Translations under genes and position numbers: made by a program
Source: Psilocybe cubensis
Taxonomy: Eukaryota
DNA length: 64,000 nt
Reading direction: 5' to 3'
Assembly (NCBI GenBank): GCA_017499595.2
Contig: CM039003.1
Location: 3,410,001-3,474,000, forward strand
The notes under the pieces: model-generated
Told to the model about the DNA's origin: nothing
Databases searched by the model: none
Seen by the model: only the letters and a program-made list of their open reading frames with translations
Shown: piece by piece, positions 52,070 through 64,000 of the stretch
Position numbering within the stretch: the stretch's first letter is position 1
Layout: every line of letters starts with the position of its first letter

Positions 52070-53755
52070 TTGAAGTTTCGCGTTCGATGTTTTTGAGGTT
52101 GGAAGTTGGGATGTTGGAAGTTGGAAGTTTGTTGTGTGTGTGGTTGGTTTGGGGGATGTCAATGGGAGGATGTCAATGGAGGATGACTTGGGACTTGGGA
52201 CTTGGGACTTGGGCCGATAGTATGCCAAAGACCTTTTATATCTTGATCCATCTGAATTACTTCCCCGCACTGATCAACATCAGATTCAGATGTAGATTGG
52301 GGAGCGCGCATGCTCTGCAAGTCAATTTAACTCTCTACCATTCACCATTCCACTTTCAGAGACCACTGTCAATGGTGTCAATCGACACTTCCGATACGAC
52401 GCTGACTTTGGATCACAATCGATGAATCGACCCCTACTACTACTACTAGGACTACATCTGGCACTTGGCACCCGTCACTGTGGTAGTGGTGGATCGATTG
52501 AGGAACAGAGTCAGACACCACGCAGATACGCAGAATGGTAATTAATGACTCTGACTCGGAGGATCTGCCAGTGTCTGATTATGTACTTGGGATTGTACTT
52601 GGGATTATGGATTAGGAGGTGGTGGCGGGTGAGTGAGTGTATGCCATGCATGCATATGGCAGAGAGCTTTCTTTCCCTGGCTTTCCGGGGTTGATTCAGA
52701 TGGAGTAGTTTGATTGTGGTGTATGTATACTGTAACTGTATGGCGCGCTGTCAATGGTCGATCTGTGCCCTGGGTATGCTCGTTTGCGAGGTGTACATCG
52801 CTCCTCGCTCCCCATGCAGTATGATACACATTGAATTCGAACAATTAAACTTAAGCTCAAGGCTGGATCATATCGTTTATTTATATCCTACCCACTCATT
52901 CATTTCATTCATTTTGGAGTTTGTTTGTGGTATTGTACTATGTACTATGTATAGCCTGGTTTTTGTGAATACTGAATCACTGATTGGCGTCGGATTGGCA
53001 TCTCACGGAAAGTTAATATGATCGTGCCCGAGCACGCCATGATGATGGAGAAAGATGAGGTATTCTATTTTTGTGGTGGACTCTCTATTTCTGAGGTGGA
53101 TTTGTTGTCCGTTAGCCTCTGTCAGCTGGACTCGGAGGTGAGGTACGACGTTGCTCGTCATGCAGCTTCAGTCTAAGCTTGAGATCGTGTGCTGCGGTTA
53201 TGCATTTCAAATTCAATTGGATGTTCTTGGATAGATTGTTGTTTTTATTGTGTAGGGTTTGAATTGCTAGCCTGTTTTAGTAGTGTTGTCGTTTGTCGGT
53301 TCGAAGGGGCCATTGCAGTTGTAATGTACCGGAAATAAAAGTGGTAACTATTTTTCGACGTCGGATTGAGCAACTGTGGAGAATACCTCTGAGCGATTTA
53401 TATGTCTAGTCACTCTAACTCCCTTGGATTGTCACATCTTCAAGTTCACCGCATTACGTCCATCTGCAGATTCACAGAAATCGAGAGAAATGCTGAAACA
53501 TGCTGATACCTGCTATGGTAAAGTGTATGGCGAGTGGTAATACGAGCGGCGGGTGTTAATGGTAGTCCTGTCTTCCACAACGTTCAAGTAAACGCATCAA
53601 CCACGCATAGTGTAGCACACGATATCTCCACTCTAAACACTTTTGTGGCATTGTGGCAATATGTGACGACGTACACAGCAACACGACGCATAATCCACCC
53701 TACACCCGCTCCATCCCACCCTCCTCGCTCCTGTCCATCATTCGCACACCCACAC

Positions 53756-54522
53756 CTAATACCCTCCCGCCTTCCCACCAAGCGTCCCAAGGTACCACCC
53801 AACCAACAGCCCGCCGAGCCCATCATACAGCGCAACACCCAACAACCCGCCCATGCGCTTATACCGCCGACGCGCGGCGGAATCGCGCGGTTCGCGCAGG
53901 ATGAGGAGGTATTTGAGGAGGGCGAGCGAGGCGAGGACGATGCGCACGGGCGCGCTGGCGTGCAGGAATTGGTTTTGGGAGATGGGCATGTAGGATGTTG
54001 CGAGGTCTGTGTTACGTGGGTGGGTGGGGGGTGGTGGACGTTGGCATTGGGGGTATATGTATGTGAGCGAGTTGTTTTTAAGTTGAGGGTGGTGGGTATA
54101 GGGATGTGGTGTAGATGAGGGTGCTGGAGGGCGCGTCCTTGGAGGGAAGGATGGCGAATGGAGGGAAAAGGCTTGGCCTTGGCTTCGACGACGGGCGCTG
54201 TCCAACAGCGCCCATCCACCAGCACCATTCTCGCGCGCGTCCAGGCTCAGGGCCTCAGGCACTACCACCCTAAACCCAAGCGCCACAGGGTCCCGTCCAG
54301 CCCATCCACCCCCTCATCGACAAACACCACTCAACCTCGTAAATGGTATATGGAGGACGACTTACAAGACATCCCGAGTCCTACAGTCGCGATCCCGAGC
54401 GTGGTCACGTCTTCTGGTGCTTTTTCCGTAGGCGTTTTGAAGAGCAGGCTGCATCCGAGCGCGGTGAGGCCGAGGGCGTGGAGTAGGATTGGCCAGGGGA
54501 GGTGGATGGGGTAGAAGAGCAT
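53756..54522 (-). CDS. Small ~4-TM fungal membrane protein, 2 exons
   Basis: Exon 54522-54366 MLFYPIHLPWPILL..GIATVGLGMS, 359-nt intron in the same phase, exon 54006-53756 YLATSYMPISQNQFLHASAPVR..YDGLGGLLVGWYLGTLGGKAGGY*. Confidence 0.85.
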
Positions 54523-55535
54523 TGTGGTCGTATTTTGGGCGGTGGATTCGGTGGGTGTGGGTGGAGGTGGAGGTGGGTGAGCGAAAGAGGGTTGGAGGAA
54601 ATGCGAGCCCGGGGTACACCGCAATGACAATTGAGGACAGATGAAGATATACCCCAAGCCCCGGCGACACAGGCGACGATATGTCTGGAGGGTCGTGGTC
54701 ACTTGGCAAGCTGTCCATTTGATCGTTTGCAATTAATGTATATTTAGAAGCCTCGGCCCTGGACTCTGGAATTTGATCCCATCTCGGCGTCTCTTGTTCC
54801 TCTTTTTTTGCGCTCATTTACACAGCTCAAACGGTTCATCAGAGTGGATTATGCGGTCAGCTGTGGGTACGAGGGTAAAGACCATCAAGGCAAATTGAGC
54901 AGTCCTCGGTACACTTTGATAGAACTCCTGAAAAGGTACTCTTTCTCTCAGCAAAAAGGCTGCTATTGATATTGATGCCGCGAGATCAGAGATGGCACGG
55001 CAGTTTCCACGCTGCCTATCAATCCAAAGTCAATCAGGTCAACTTCCATCGCAAAACCCACGACCTAAGTATACCCCCAGCACCCACCACAATCCCCACC
55101 GCCAGGACAAACAAAGTACCACAGGTTAAGCGCTTGTATATCCTGGTCTATCCACTTCCAACTACCAGACACCGCCACCAGCCGGCATACCAACAGTAAG
55201 TAAGGATATATATCCGCCATCACGGAAACCCCGTCGATGCAGAGCCGAGATGACCCTTTTCGTTTCACCACACCCAGAAAATCCATGTCCCCATCTTCGC
55301 AAATATGCGCAGTGTGGCTGCATGGGCTTGGAAAGGGCGTGTATACAAAAAAGCAACGTCCACATGGGGCCAGCTCAAGCACAACTCAGCATCCTTACCC
55401 TTACCCTCCCTCACTTCTGCTTCTTCACCCCACCTTCGCTTGTGTTGTGGGTAGCTGCTTGGGTTATCTGGATTCTTGATTGTGCGCGAACGGATTTTTG
55501 TTCAGCTTGTTTCGATTGACGGTGTGACGGCGACG

Positions 55536-58426
55536 ATGGTATCGGGACTGGACGACCCTACGCTTCCCGGAAAGCTCACCCACTCGCTGCACGGCTTGTT
55601 CGCGGGTAGCTATCTCGCCGGTGTGTACGTACCTCTCTCATTCCATCGTCTCCCCTCTCCCCTTTCCCCTTTCCCCTTCCCCTTCCCCGCTCTTGGATGG
55701 TTCCGGACGCGGCGCAGAAAGACGGTCGACGCTGATATGCTCAATGATTATGTCGTGATAGATTCTACGGCCTGACGACGCACCAGACGTTCGTGTATTT
55801 CCGAAGATCGAGACGGGATCCTCTGTTCACGCGGCTATTGGTGAGTTTCTTCCCTTCCTCCATTCCGTTTTTGCATACGAAACTGATATACTCAATTGAT
55901 ATTTTTTTCATCGACGCATACATCTGTACCTGCAGGTTTTACTACTATGGTACATCACCCATTCCCTCCTCTCCCACCCATCCCTCTCCTACCCCACCGA
56001 CCCACCCTTCACCTCGCCTCAGATGACCGATGAATAAATACAAAACTCACCATCCCATTCATTATAACTGTACAACAGGGTCCTCGACACCTTCCACGCT
56101 GTATTCGCCGCTATCGCGCTGCTCAATCTTACGAAGGACTCGATTCATAATCCGCTGAGTATGATGATCAATCGGGTGCCGTGGTGAGTCCCGCTGCTTT
56201 CTTTGCTGCTTTTGGGTTTCTTCTTTGCTGCATTTGCTTTGCTGCATTTGGGTTTGGGTTTGGGTTTCTTTGCTGCTTTTTGGGTTTGGGTTCTGCTTTT
56301 GGGTTTGGATTTGGGTTCTGCATTTGGGTTTGGGTTTGCGTGTGATTTGGGTGTGATTTGGGTTTGCGTGTGATTGTGATTGTTAGCTGAGTGCTGATGA
56401 GAGTTATACGACCATAATATCGGCCATGATCATTATACAGGGAGCTATCGGTGCGTCAGCGTATTTTAATCTATCTTGCGGAGCGGGCATGGATTGATGA
56501 CCGTGCTATTTTGTTTTGGGGATAGTTTTCGCTGTTTATGATGGTAAGTCCTCATAAAAATCTATTTACATCGAGGGAAATGGTGCTGATGACGATGGAT
56601 GGATGGTCTTGTGTATGCGTAGTCGTTCAGCGATAGCGGTGTGCGAGGGTACGTACCACATCCACACATCTATTCTCTATTCTCTATTCTCTATTCTCTA
56701 TTCTCTATTCTCTATTCTCTATTCTCTATTCTCTATTCTCTATTCTCTATTCTCTATTCTCTATTCTCTATTCTCTATTCTCTATTCTCTATTCTCTATT
56801 CTCTATTCTCTATTCTCTATTCTCTATTCTCCGTCCCTGGACAATATCCACTCCACCCTCCCGTCCTCCGTATCTATGTGTTGATGAATGCACATGTAGA
56901 TTCTACTGCTATCGCATCTGGAGATGTACGTCCCCCTCCTTCCCCCCTCCGTCCCCGTTCCTCTTGCTGATATCTTATGCAAACATAGTGAGCCATCACA
57001 ATGTGCGCTTGACGAGTGTAGCGGTACGTAATATATCTCCGACATTCTTTTCGTCCTCCAACTTGCTTTCTGGCGAATGAGTGGTGTGCTGATGTGCTGA
57101 TGGGGTGACGTGTGTATAGGCCTTTCCGATTGTGTGTGCGCTCATAGCAGGGCTGTGTGAGTCGTTTGCTCCGTTTTCTTTATTTTATTTTATTTTTGGG
57201 GGGCGTGATATCTTATTCGGTGTGTTGGGGTGTAGATACAACGTCTAAAACGTACGTTTATATGTATTATTACCCTTGTCGTCACATTACCTGACATTTT
57301 GTTTTTGAGATAGTGTGGGGATGACGGGACTGGAAGCTCTCGATCTCGTCGTAAGCACCCCTCGCAAACCACTACAACTACATCTCCGTCTAATTTAATT
57401 CCACAATCCAAACTCACACACAATACCTATCTCTCCCTCTCCCTCCCCCTCCCCGCTATTTAATTAAACCCAACCCAGATCGAACTAGACACGACGCTCA
57501 TAGCTATATGCGTCGCCGACTCTATCCTCGCGGGATCGCTGTGTGTGCTCTTATGGAACAGCCGCTCAGGCGTGAAACGGTTATTATCCATATTCATCTC
57601 ACTAATCCTATGCGCATCATAGACTGACTGACTGTTGACTGTTGACTGACTGACTGACGATGATCCGTTGACTTGTACAGCACGAACTCGGTGATCAGCA
57701 CGCTTATCTTATACACCGTGACGACGGGGTTGTTGACGACGCTAGTGGCGATTCTGACGCTTATCCTGGTACGTGGGTTTGTTTTGTATGTATGTATGTA
57801 TGAGCGGAGCTTGCGCTGATGATATTGTGCGATGTGCGGTGCGATGGATAGCTGCTGACGATGAAGGAGACGTTCGCGTACGCAGGCGCGTTTTACATGC
57901 TGAGCAAATGTAAGTCCCAGCTATAGCTATTTGCCGACGCAAGTCCCAGACTCATTTATATATCTTTCTCTTGCTTTACTGTTACATTGGAATTTGCAGT
58001 ATACTTCAGCTCCCTCCTCGCCACCCTCAACCGCCGCGAAAAGATCCGCACGCAGATGGACGCGCCGACAGGCGGAATCATATCTATCCCCTTTGGCGCG
58101 ACGACGCGCAACCGGGAGCATACGCGCGGGAAGGAGATCAGTATGGCGGTGTTTGCGTCTGTGGATGAGGCGAGCACGACGATGACGGTGTCGTCGGGGG
58201 TGCAGACTAGGGGGGAGGTGCAGACGCGCGGTGGTGCGGTGGGTGGGGATGGGGATGGGGATGGGGATGGGGAGGCGCAGCGGCTGCATGCTTTGAATTT
58301 GAAGAATGTACGTGTGAGATCTGGATTGTGATTGATGTGTCAATGCATGGGAGATTTTGTAGGTACTGACGGTGATGTGATGTGTAGGGACAGATAGAGG
58401 TGAAGACGGAGAAGCATGTGGTTTGA
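55536..58426 (+). CDS. DUF6534-like multi-pass membrane protein, 'LDDP' subfamily, repeat-expanded introns
   Basis: MVSGLDDPTLPGKL..HGLFAGSYLAG / FYGLTTHQTFVYF / FYCYRIWR / DSILAGSLCVLLWNSR / TNSVISTLILYTVTTGLLT / YFSSLLATLNRRE..; ends KTEKHVV*. Confidence 0.85.
56669..56831. repeat. Perfect heptamer tandem repeat (TCTATTC) x ~23, intronic
   Basis: Read directly; lies between a gtacgt donor (~56649) and a tgtag acceptor (~56900). Confidence 0.95.
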
Positions 58427-58718
58427 TTTGGTGTTTGGTGTTTGGTGTTTGGTGTTTGGTGCGTGTTCAGTTCCTCAGAATAGATTTTTATGGATGGGTG
58501 GATTGACCGATTGATATTTAACCAGTGTATATGCACTCTGTAGTCTGGATTGAATCTTCTGTGTAATATCACTGTTTTAATATCTCTACAACGTACCTTA
58601 CACTGTCTTCCGATTGGACGACGTGATATCTCTATATACCAACAATTTATGAAACGATAATTTATGATTGTACATTTATATTATGAATTCTAGATTGTTG
58701 TTTGACAGTAGCGTTTCT

Positions 58719-59888
58719 TTATGGATTTAATCCTTCCCCCTCTGAGTGTGTCTCGACCTGTATTTGAGCCGTATCCATACCGTGACAGCTTATTGACATG
58801 ACTCGAGCCACCAATATTGTGGGAAGCATGCCCTATTAGTATGTATGGTATGAGTGTGTCGACATGACATGGTGTCAAAAGCACTCACTGCAGCGAGGTT
58901 CAACATCATGAGGGAAAACACGGGCAAAGAAGGTGACCAGTTGGAGTTTTGCGGAATTTCAATCTGAATAGCCGTGAAGAATAGAAGGGTCGCATAGGCT
59001 GCGCCCGATTCCACTACTAATACCAAGACGTGGTTGAATAACTTTTTCGTGGATGCTATGCTTCCGCGAGAGGAAGTATGGATTTTCCACGCTATCAGTG
59101 ATGTTGCCAACACGGTAGCGCACATGCACATGAATAGAAGTACCGCGCCAGAGTAGAGCCTTTGCGACGCTGTTTCTAGACGCTTTCCGTGTATGACTAT
59201 GGTTTTAACAAGAAGGCCTTGTGTAAATTGTTCAGTAGAACCGTTGTGCAAATAAATGTAGAGTCCACTAACCAACTTCTGCGACGAGGACACAGCCTGA
59301 GAATATGAGTAATATCTTTGATTTCCCCCATACATGGTACATCCTCCAGAGCTGTTATCGGTATTAAAAAGTATTCCAGACAGAAAGAGCTTTATGAACT
59401 CACAAGTAGTACATCAGCGGCTATCATAGAAAGATAAAATGCAAGAGTAATAATAAGATCCACACTATACGGTTGGAGCGTATACAACCCTATCATCGTG
59501 AATGGGTGTAAAACTCCTTCCGTACCAAAATTCCAATTAACGAAGATCAGTACGTAGATATAGCTGATAAACGTGCACACGAATAAAAAGGAAATCAAGG
59601 ATACAACAATGGGGTTTCTCTTGGTTGAATGCCTTTTCCGCACTGATGAAAGCACCGTTTGTATGATTTTCAAATAAAAAAATGTACCCTTACCATAAAA
59701 GCAAATAGTCCCCCCATATACCATTGTATAGACTCCTGGAATACGTGAGCGTGCAATTTAGACTGGTTTCTGAATAAAAAAAACTCACCCATTAGGAAGC
59801 TCCGCGTCATGGTTGCATTGACGTTAATCCTGTTTGATTCTATCTCCAGCTTGTTAAGGGGTAAAGGATACATTGTTCGGTCCGCCAT
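58719..59888 (-). CDS. Orphan 7TM-like membrane protein, divergent member of the 'IWRC..IVES' family
   Basis: MADRTMY..NATMTRSFLM|GVYTMVYGGT..|..AADVLL|LWRMYHVWGKS..|..LIAWKIH..FNHVLVLVVESGAAYA..|GMLPTILVARV..GLNP*; same intron layout as the 18622 and 26063 genes. Confidence 0.8.
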
Positions 59889-61236
59889 TGACCCAATTTA
59901 CGACGGTCTTTCAGGTGATAAAAGTGCCGTCCTTTATACTTTCAAGCAATATAGATGATCAAGCATCACAATATATACGACATACATTCTTATGAGACAT
60001 CATGGGTAACGTATGCAATCCACAATTTTGTGGTGCAGTACAAGTCATGACCACGAACAAAAATAAACTTTACCGAATCATGCTCCACTGTACTCCAATT
60101 CCTAATCCATAGAACCCGAAGGTCTCCATGAGTCATTCTTAAAAGCTTTTTGATTGGCTTCAGAGTTCATGTTATAGCAGCGGAACTGATCAGACCGGCT
60201 ACATACGAGTGTTGTTGGCAGATGGAATGATCCCAACCAGCACGTCAATAGGTGTTTTGATACTTTATAGGCAGTGCCTATTGTAACACAGCGCAAACCA
60301 GAATCTTTAGTAATAAAAAGGATGTCCTTATTTTATCCAGCTACTGTCGTTATTATCCTATGGCTAGGGCATCAGTTCTCTCTGAGAGAGATTCGGTTAG
60401 AGGTTTATTCCTGATCCGGGAATTGCCGCCGAAGTCTCACGCATCCTGCTGACAAAATGGTACGTCGGGCCGTCGGGAATTGAAATTTGTTATCCAGCGA
60501 ACAAAGCCCCTATCGATGCTTTGATCTGTCTTTGATCTTTGATGAGCATTCAGGTGCATCCTGCTTTGATTCTGATTTTCGATACATCTACGTGAGCTGC
60601 TAACATGACCATATCATATATTCGACATGGGAAAACGTTGACGTCGTGAGATCTCATGGGTTGAGCGCCGTGAAAGGACGTTGTCGTTAGTTATTTCTCC
60701 TCGAGTTCCATTTTACATCGTTTTTTTTACATCTTACACGGAAGAAGATACATAATTGAGGAAGGTGTTTTGATAGAGTGCTGGGGTTTGAATGAAATGG
60801 AGGACGTTTTCTTTCAGTAAAGACACCGGAGAACCTTGAATGAGCTTTGATGCACCTCTTTGAGAGCGTGGGAAACAAGACAAAGATGAAAGCACTTGAT
60901 GTTCAAACTCAGCTGCCACGACTTATTGCTTTGAAGATTCAAAGCTCGGGAAATGTTGCGAAGATACATGTAGGTCTCTGCTTTGTGGGCGAGCCATAGT
61001 TGAAAATCTGCTTCAAATACTGAAAGACGACACTGTTACTTTGAGCGTTTAATATGCTTTCAGTAGCTTTATTCTTTGACCTACGTTGACGTTCGATAGA
61101 ACGATGAAAGCGAGAATCGCCCATAGTGCATAACCTACAATCCCAGAACCGTTATAAATAATGGGAAGTCTGCCATGAATCAGTATCAACACACAAAACT
61201 TCAATATCAAATATACTCCCGCCCAAACACCTAACA

Positions 61237-61544
61237 ATGGCATCGTAAGTACACCAACACTCATCTACATCGCTCGCAGTACATGCTGATTATCTTTGAC
61301 AATATCCAGCAAATCCGACCTTTGCGTCCTCAACTCCCGATGTCCCAACAAAATGTACTCCGGAGCACTTGACTCCGCGACCCGCCGCGAGAGCATCCGC
61401 TCGCACCTGTACCAATGTCATAACATCGTTTGCAGCCCCGGAGACGCTAGCCTTATTGCATGCATGGCATGTCCGCCAATTAATGGTCAGCCGACATATG
61501 TCGAGAAGGGAGCTTTCCCTGAACATATTAATCAGTGGCATTGA
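61237..61544 (+). CDS. 80-aa two-exon microprotein with two atypical C2H2-like motifs
   Basis: Exon 61237-61244, intron 61245-61309 (gtaagt..gctgat..ccag), exon 61310-61544; 243 nt = 80 aa + stop; MASKSDLCVLNSRC..SHLYQCH..CMAC..EHINQWH*. Confidence 0.7.
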
Positions 61545-62350
61545 ACGATTTAACGGACGATATTTATGTTTATAGAAGAGGAGGGTTGCGTAGCGTACAA
61601 TAATTACTAATGTTTGTAAGACGCGCAAGTGATACGTATGACGGATTTAATTTTTGACCTACTGTAACTGAAAATGTCGTCTTTCTGGAAAGTGAACTAT
61701 CGGGAACGCCTTACGGAATGAAAATGGTAATGAGGTGGATTATATCTGCGATTAAACACTGACGCGTATTACAAAGCTCAATAATCTAATTGTTGAGGTA
61801 GGTATCTGAGAACGTAAAATTGAAAATGGTAAGACCCTAGCGATTATGGCCGTCTGGATGTCAAATTTTCCCGTTGACGGTTCACACTCCAACGTCCACA
61901 TCAGAATTCTTTCTAGGCGGTGCCTGGGCACAGTTTTCTGCCCAGAGGGCGTGCGCCAGTTGCGGTTAGCGCCATCGTCATGAAATGCAAATATCGAGGG
62001 CGGACTGGTAGGTATACACAACGGTTCGGGGAACAGCTGGCTTAGGGATGAGGAGTGTGGTGCCGAAAGGCCGTTGGCAGCAAGATGTCCCACGGTCAGT
62101 GCACATCTTGATTATCTCGGAAATACTAGAGCTCGACCCAGAGTGTAATCTGATCTCTTATCTCACTCTGCGACATTGTCCGCTTTGTACAATGCTGATG
62201 CTCTCACACATTTCAAGACAAAAAGTGCTGAAACTTGAAGAATGCTCAGAGGCAAGCAAGGTATTTACATTCTGTTTAATATTTATGAGATACTAACTAT
62301 ATCTTCTTGCCTGCCTAAGTGTTGAGCGTGAGGTAACGCCCAGAAGCTTC

Positions 62351-63321
62351 CTATGGCCTTTGTGCGGCCGACATCACCTGGAAGGTGAGTTGCGTCCCCT
62401 TCTTTGAGTGACGCTCACGGTCAAGCATCACCACACGCCCCTCCGAGGCCGCGCCAGCCATGCATCGTGGTGTGGCTGGCTTGCGCTGCGGCCTCCGAGT
62501 TGGTGCGGCCTTCAGGGCCCTCGCGACCCTGCCTTCACCTGCCTTTTGGTCGTCCCGTGGCAACCTTCTTCGGGGACGTTTCGCGGCGGGCGAGGATTGG
62601 CTGCTGGAACAGTGTGAGAAGGGAGGAGATGGAATTTAGATATTGAGAAGAACAATGAAAGGTGCGTTGTGCATACTCATCGTTGTCAACCGTCAACAAT
62701 CTTCGCTTCCGAGAATATGTGGAAGCGCTCGCGACTTTCCTAATTTTTAAGGAATAGTCAGTCCCGCTGTCGCGTTTATTAACTAGATAACCGGCAACTC
62801 GTACCTGTCGCCATTGTGCGTGATAGAGCGATGGCTTTTCATCCTAAATCACAATTGGTAATATCAGCATTGCAGTTCATACTCTGGAGGAGAAAAGGAA
62901 ACGTCATATCATACCCTCCATCTCTGTGTGTGGGCCCGGCGAAAGGCTCAACGGGGTCGCCCCCGGAGCCCGCTTCGCGGTTCAATGTCCACTGCGTGGA
63001 TCCTCCAATATGTGTTTCCTCTTCTCCGATATAGGAGTGGAAACTGCTGCTCGAACTTCCTGGGAGGCTCGTATGGCTCCCAGGGTGAAAATACGGCACC
63101 AGTTGTTCAACGCTTTCAAGCGTTGGAATCAACTGTTGTTTTCGTTTGTTATCTTTGTTGTCTACCCTCGTCAGGGTTTTCGCCACCTGTGCGGATGGGT
63201 CTGTGTCGGCGTACCAGATTCCACCGTGAACGATATTGGCGTATCGATCACATTGCACACTTGTAGGGGCATTCCCCGTGGAAGACGTTGATGGATAGCT
63301 GAGATGCGTGAAGAAGGACAT
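62351..63321 (-). CDS. Hypothetical multi-exon protein, duplicate of 41249-42157
   Basis: MSFFTHLSYP.. with 21 extra in-frame residues; conserved splice sites and final exon ..QVMSAAQRP*. Confidence 0.5.
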
Positions 63322-64000
63322 CAGTTTGGCTCAAAGTCTAGGCCAATAAACATACCCATCAGCCACGTCCGCGGATGTATATTCGCCATAGTTTGTGAGC
63401 AACTGTGATTGGTGTCTGCTCGATGACGCCTGATCAATGGTTGGTGGGTAAGTCGCCCCAGAAGTTGCTGTGGGTGTTTGAATGATACATTCGGGAAAGG
63501 CGCTGCGTGGATTGGCAGTCGGCACGTATTCTGTGCTGATTTGGGGAAAGAAATTGTGAGACGACCAAGACGAGGCTGTCGGCGGATATACGGTTAGCAG
63601 GCTGAAGTTTCAAACATGGAGATACCAATGCTTACAGTCAATGTCTTCAAAACCTTGAAAACCGGTGGGATATGGTGGGGGATTAAAGGTGTGTGACGAT
63701 GTTGATGCTTGTTGCGCACGGTTTTGAGTGGTTGTGTTGGAAGAGAATGAGTAGGAGTCGATATTAGGAGTGACTCCTACATGCGACTCGGTGAATAGTG
63801 TAGCTTATAGTCACGCGGTCAGTGTTGGGCAGAAAACGTAGAATACTCCCTTGCTTACTGTTTAATCGACCCAAACCTGGGGAAGTGCAGAAAGACGATT
63901 CGGCATGAACTACTGGTTCAATAAGGAGATCGAGATCGCTTGAGAGGAATGGTATATTGTGGGGACCAGTACTTGAAGATCCTGTGTTGCTGTTAGGAGC

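Larger units (their letters stand above)
60415..64000 (-). repeat. Segmental duplication, copy 2 (inverted; runs off the window end)
   Basis: Reverse-complement match to 40515-43900, with extra segments at ~61770-61940 and ~63105-63165. Confidence 0.95.

Noticed and set aside
53534-54817. Several 118-214-aa overlapping ORFs
   Set aside because: GC-rich shadow frames of the two-exon membrane protein gene at 53756-54522.
56190-56380. TTTGGG-rich tract as a telomere or interstitial telomere
   Set aside because: Irregular, not TTAGGG, and inside an intron of the 55536 gene.
56603-56970. ORFs with (LFSILYS)n repeats resembling a repeat-peptide/RiPP precursor
   Set aside because: They are translations of an intronic heptamer microsatellite between two conserved exons; no leader or protease sites.
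12935-59888. Mating-type B locus (Ste3 pheromone receptors plus CAAX pheromone precursors)
   Set aside because: The 7TM-like proteins lack recognisable Ste3 motifs and I found no convincing short CAAX-ending precursor ORFs, though I did not scan for them exhaustively.

Overview
Eukaryotic, intron-dense fungal DNA (short GT-AG introns of about 50-70 nt and many microexons, typical of Agaricomycete basidiomycetes). The ORF track therefore mostly shows exon fragments. The window is a duplication-rich accessory region dominated by two orphan multi-pass (7TM/GPCR-like) membrane protein families. The first is DUF6534-like, with five full-length genes (12.9, 30.2, 37.5, 48.5, 55.5 kb) and one pseudogene. 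The second is a '[IL]WR[CM]YHVW...IVES' family, with three full-length genes (18.6, 26.1, 58.7 kb) and one remnant. Members of the two families sit tail-to-tail three times. Also present are three paralogous intronless ~110-aa beta-rich proteins, two paralogous small membrane proteins, and one conserved MPDU1-like PQ-loop gene. A ~3.5-kb inverted segmental duplication carries an 80-aa two-exon C2H2-like microprotein. Several non-autonomous TIR elements have clear target-site duplications (one MULE-like, two TATG..CATA/6-bp TSD). There is also a probable solo LTR and a heavily decayed dispersed gene family in the first 28 kb. Gene models were assembled by eye from splice signals and paralog comparison; family names are from recalled motifs, not database searches.
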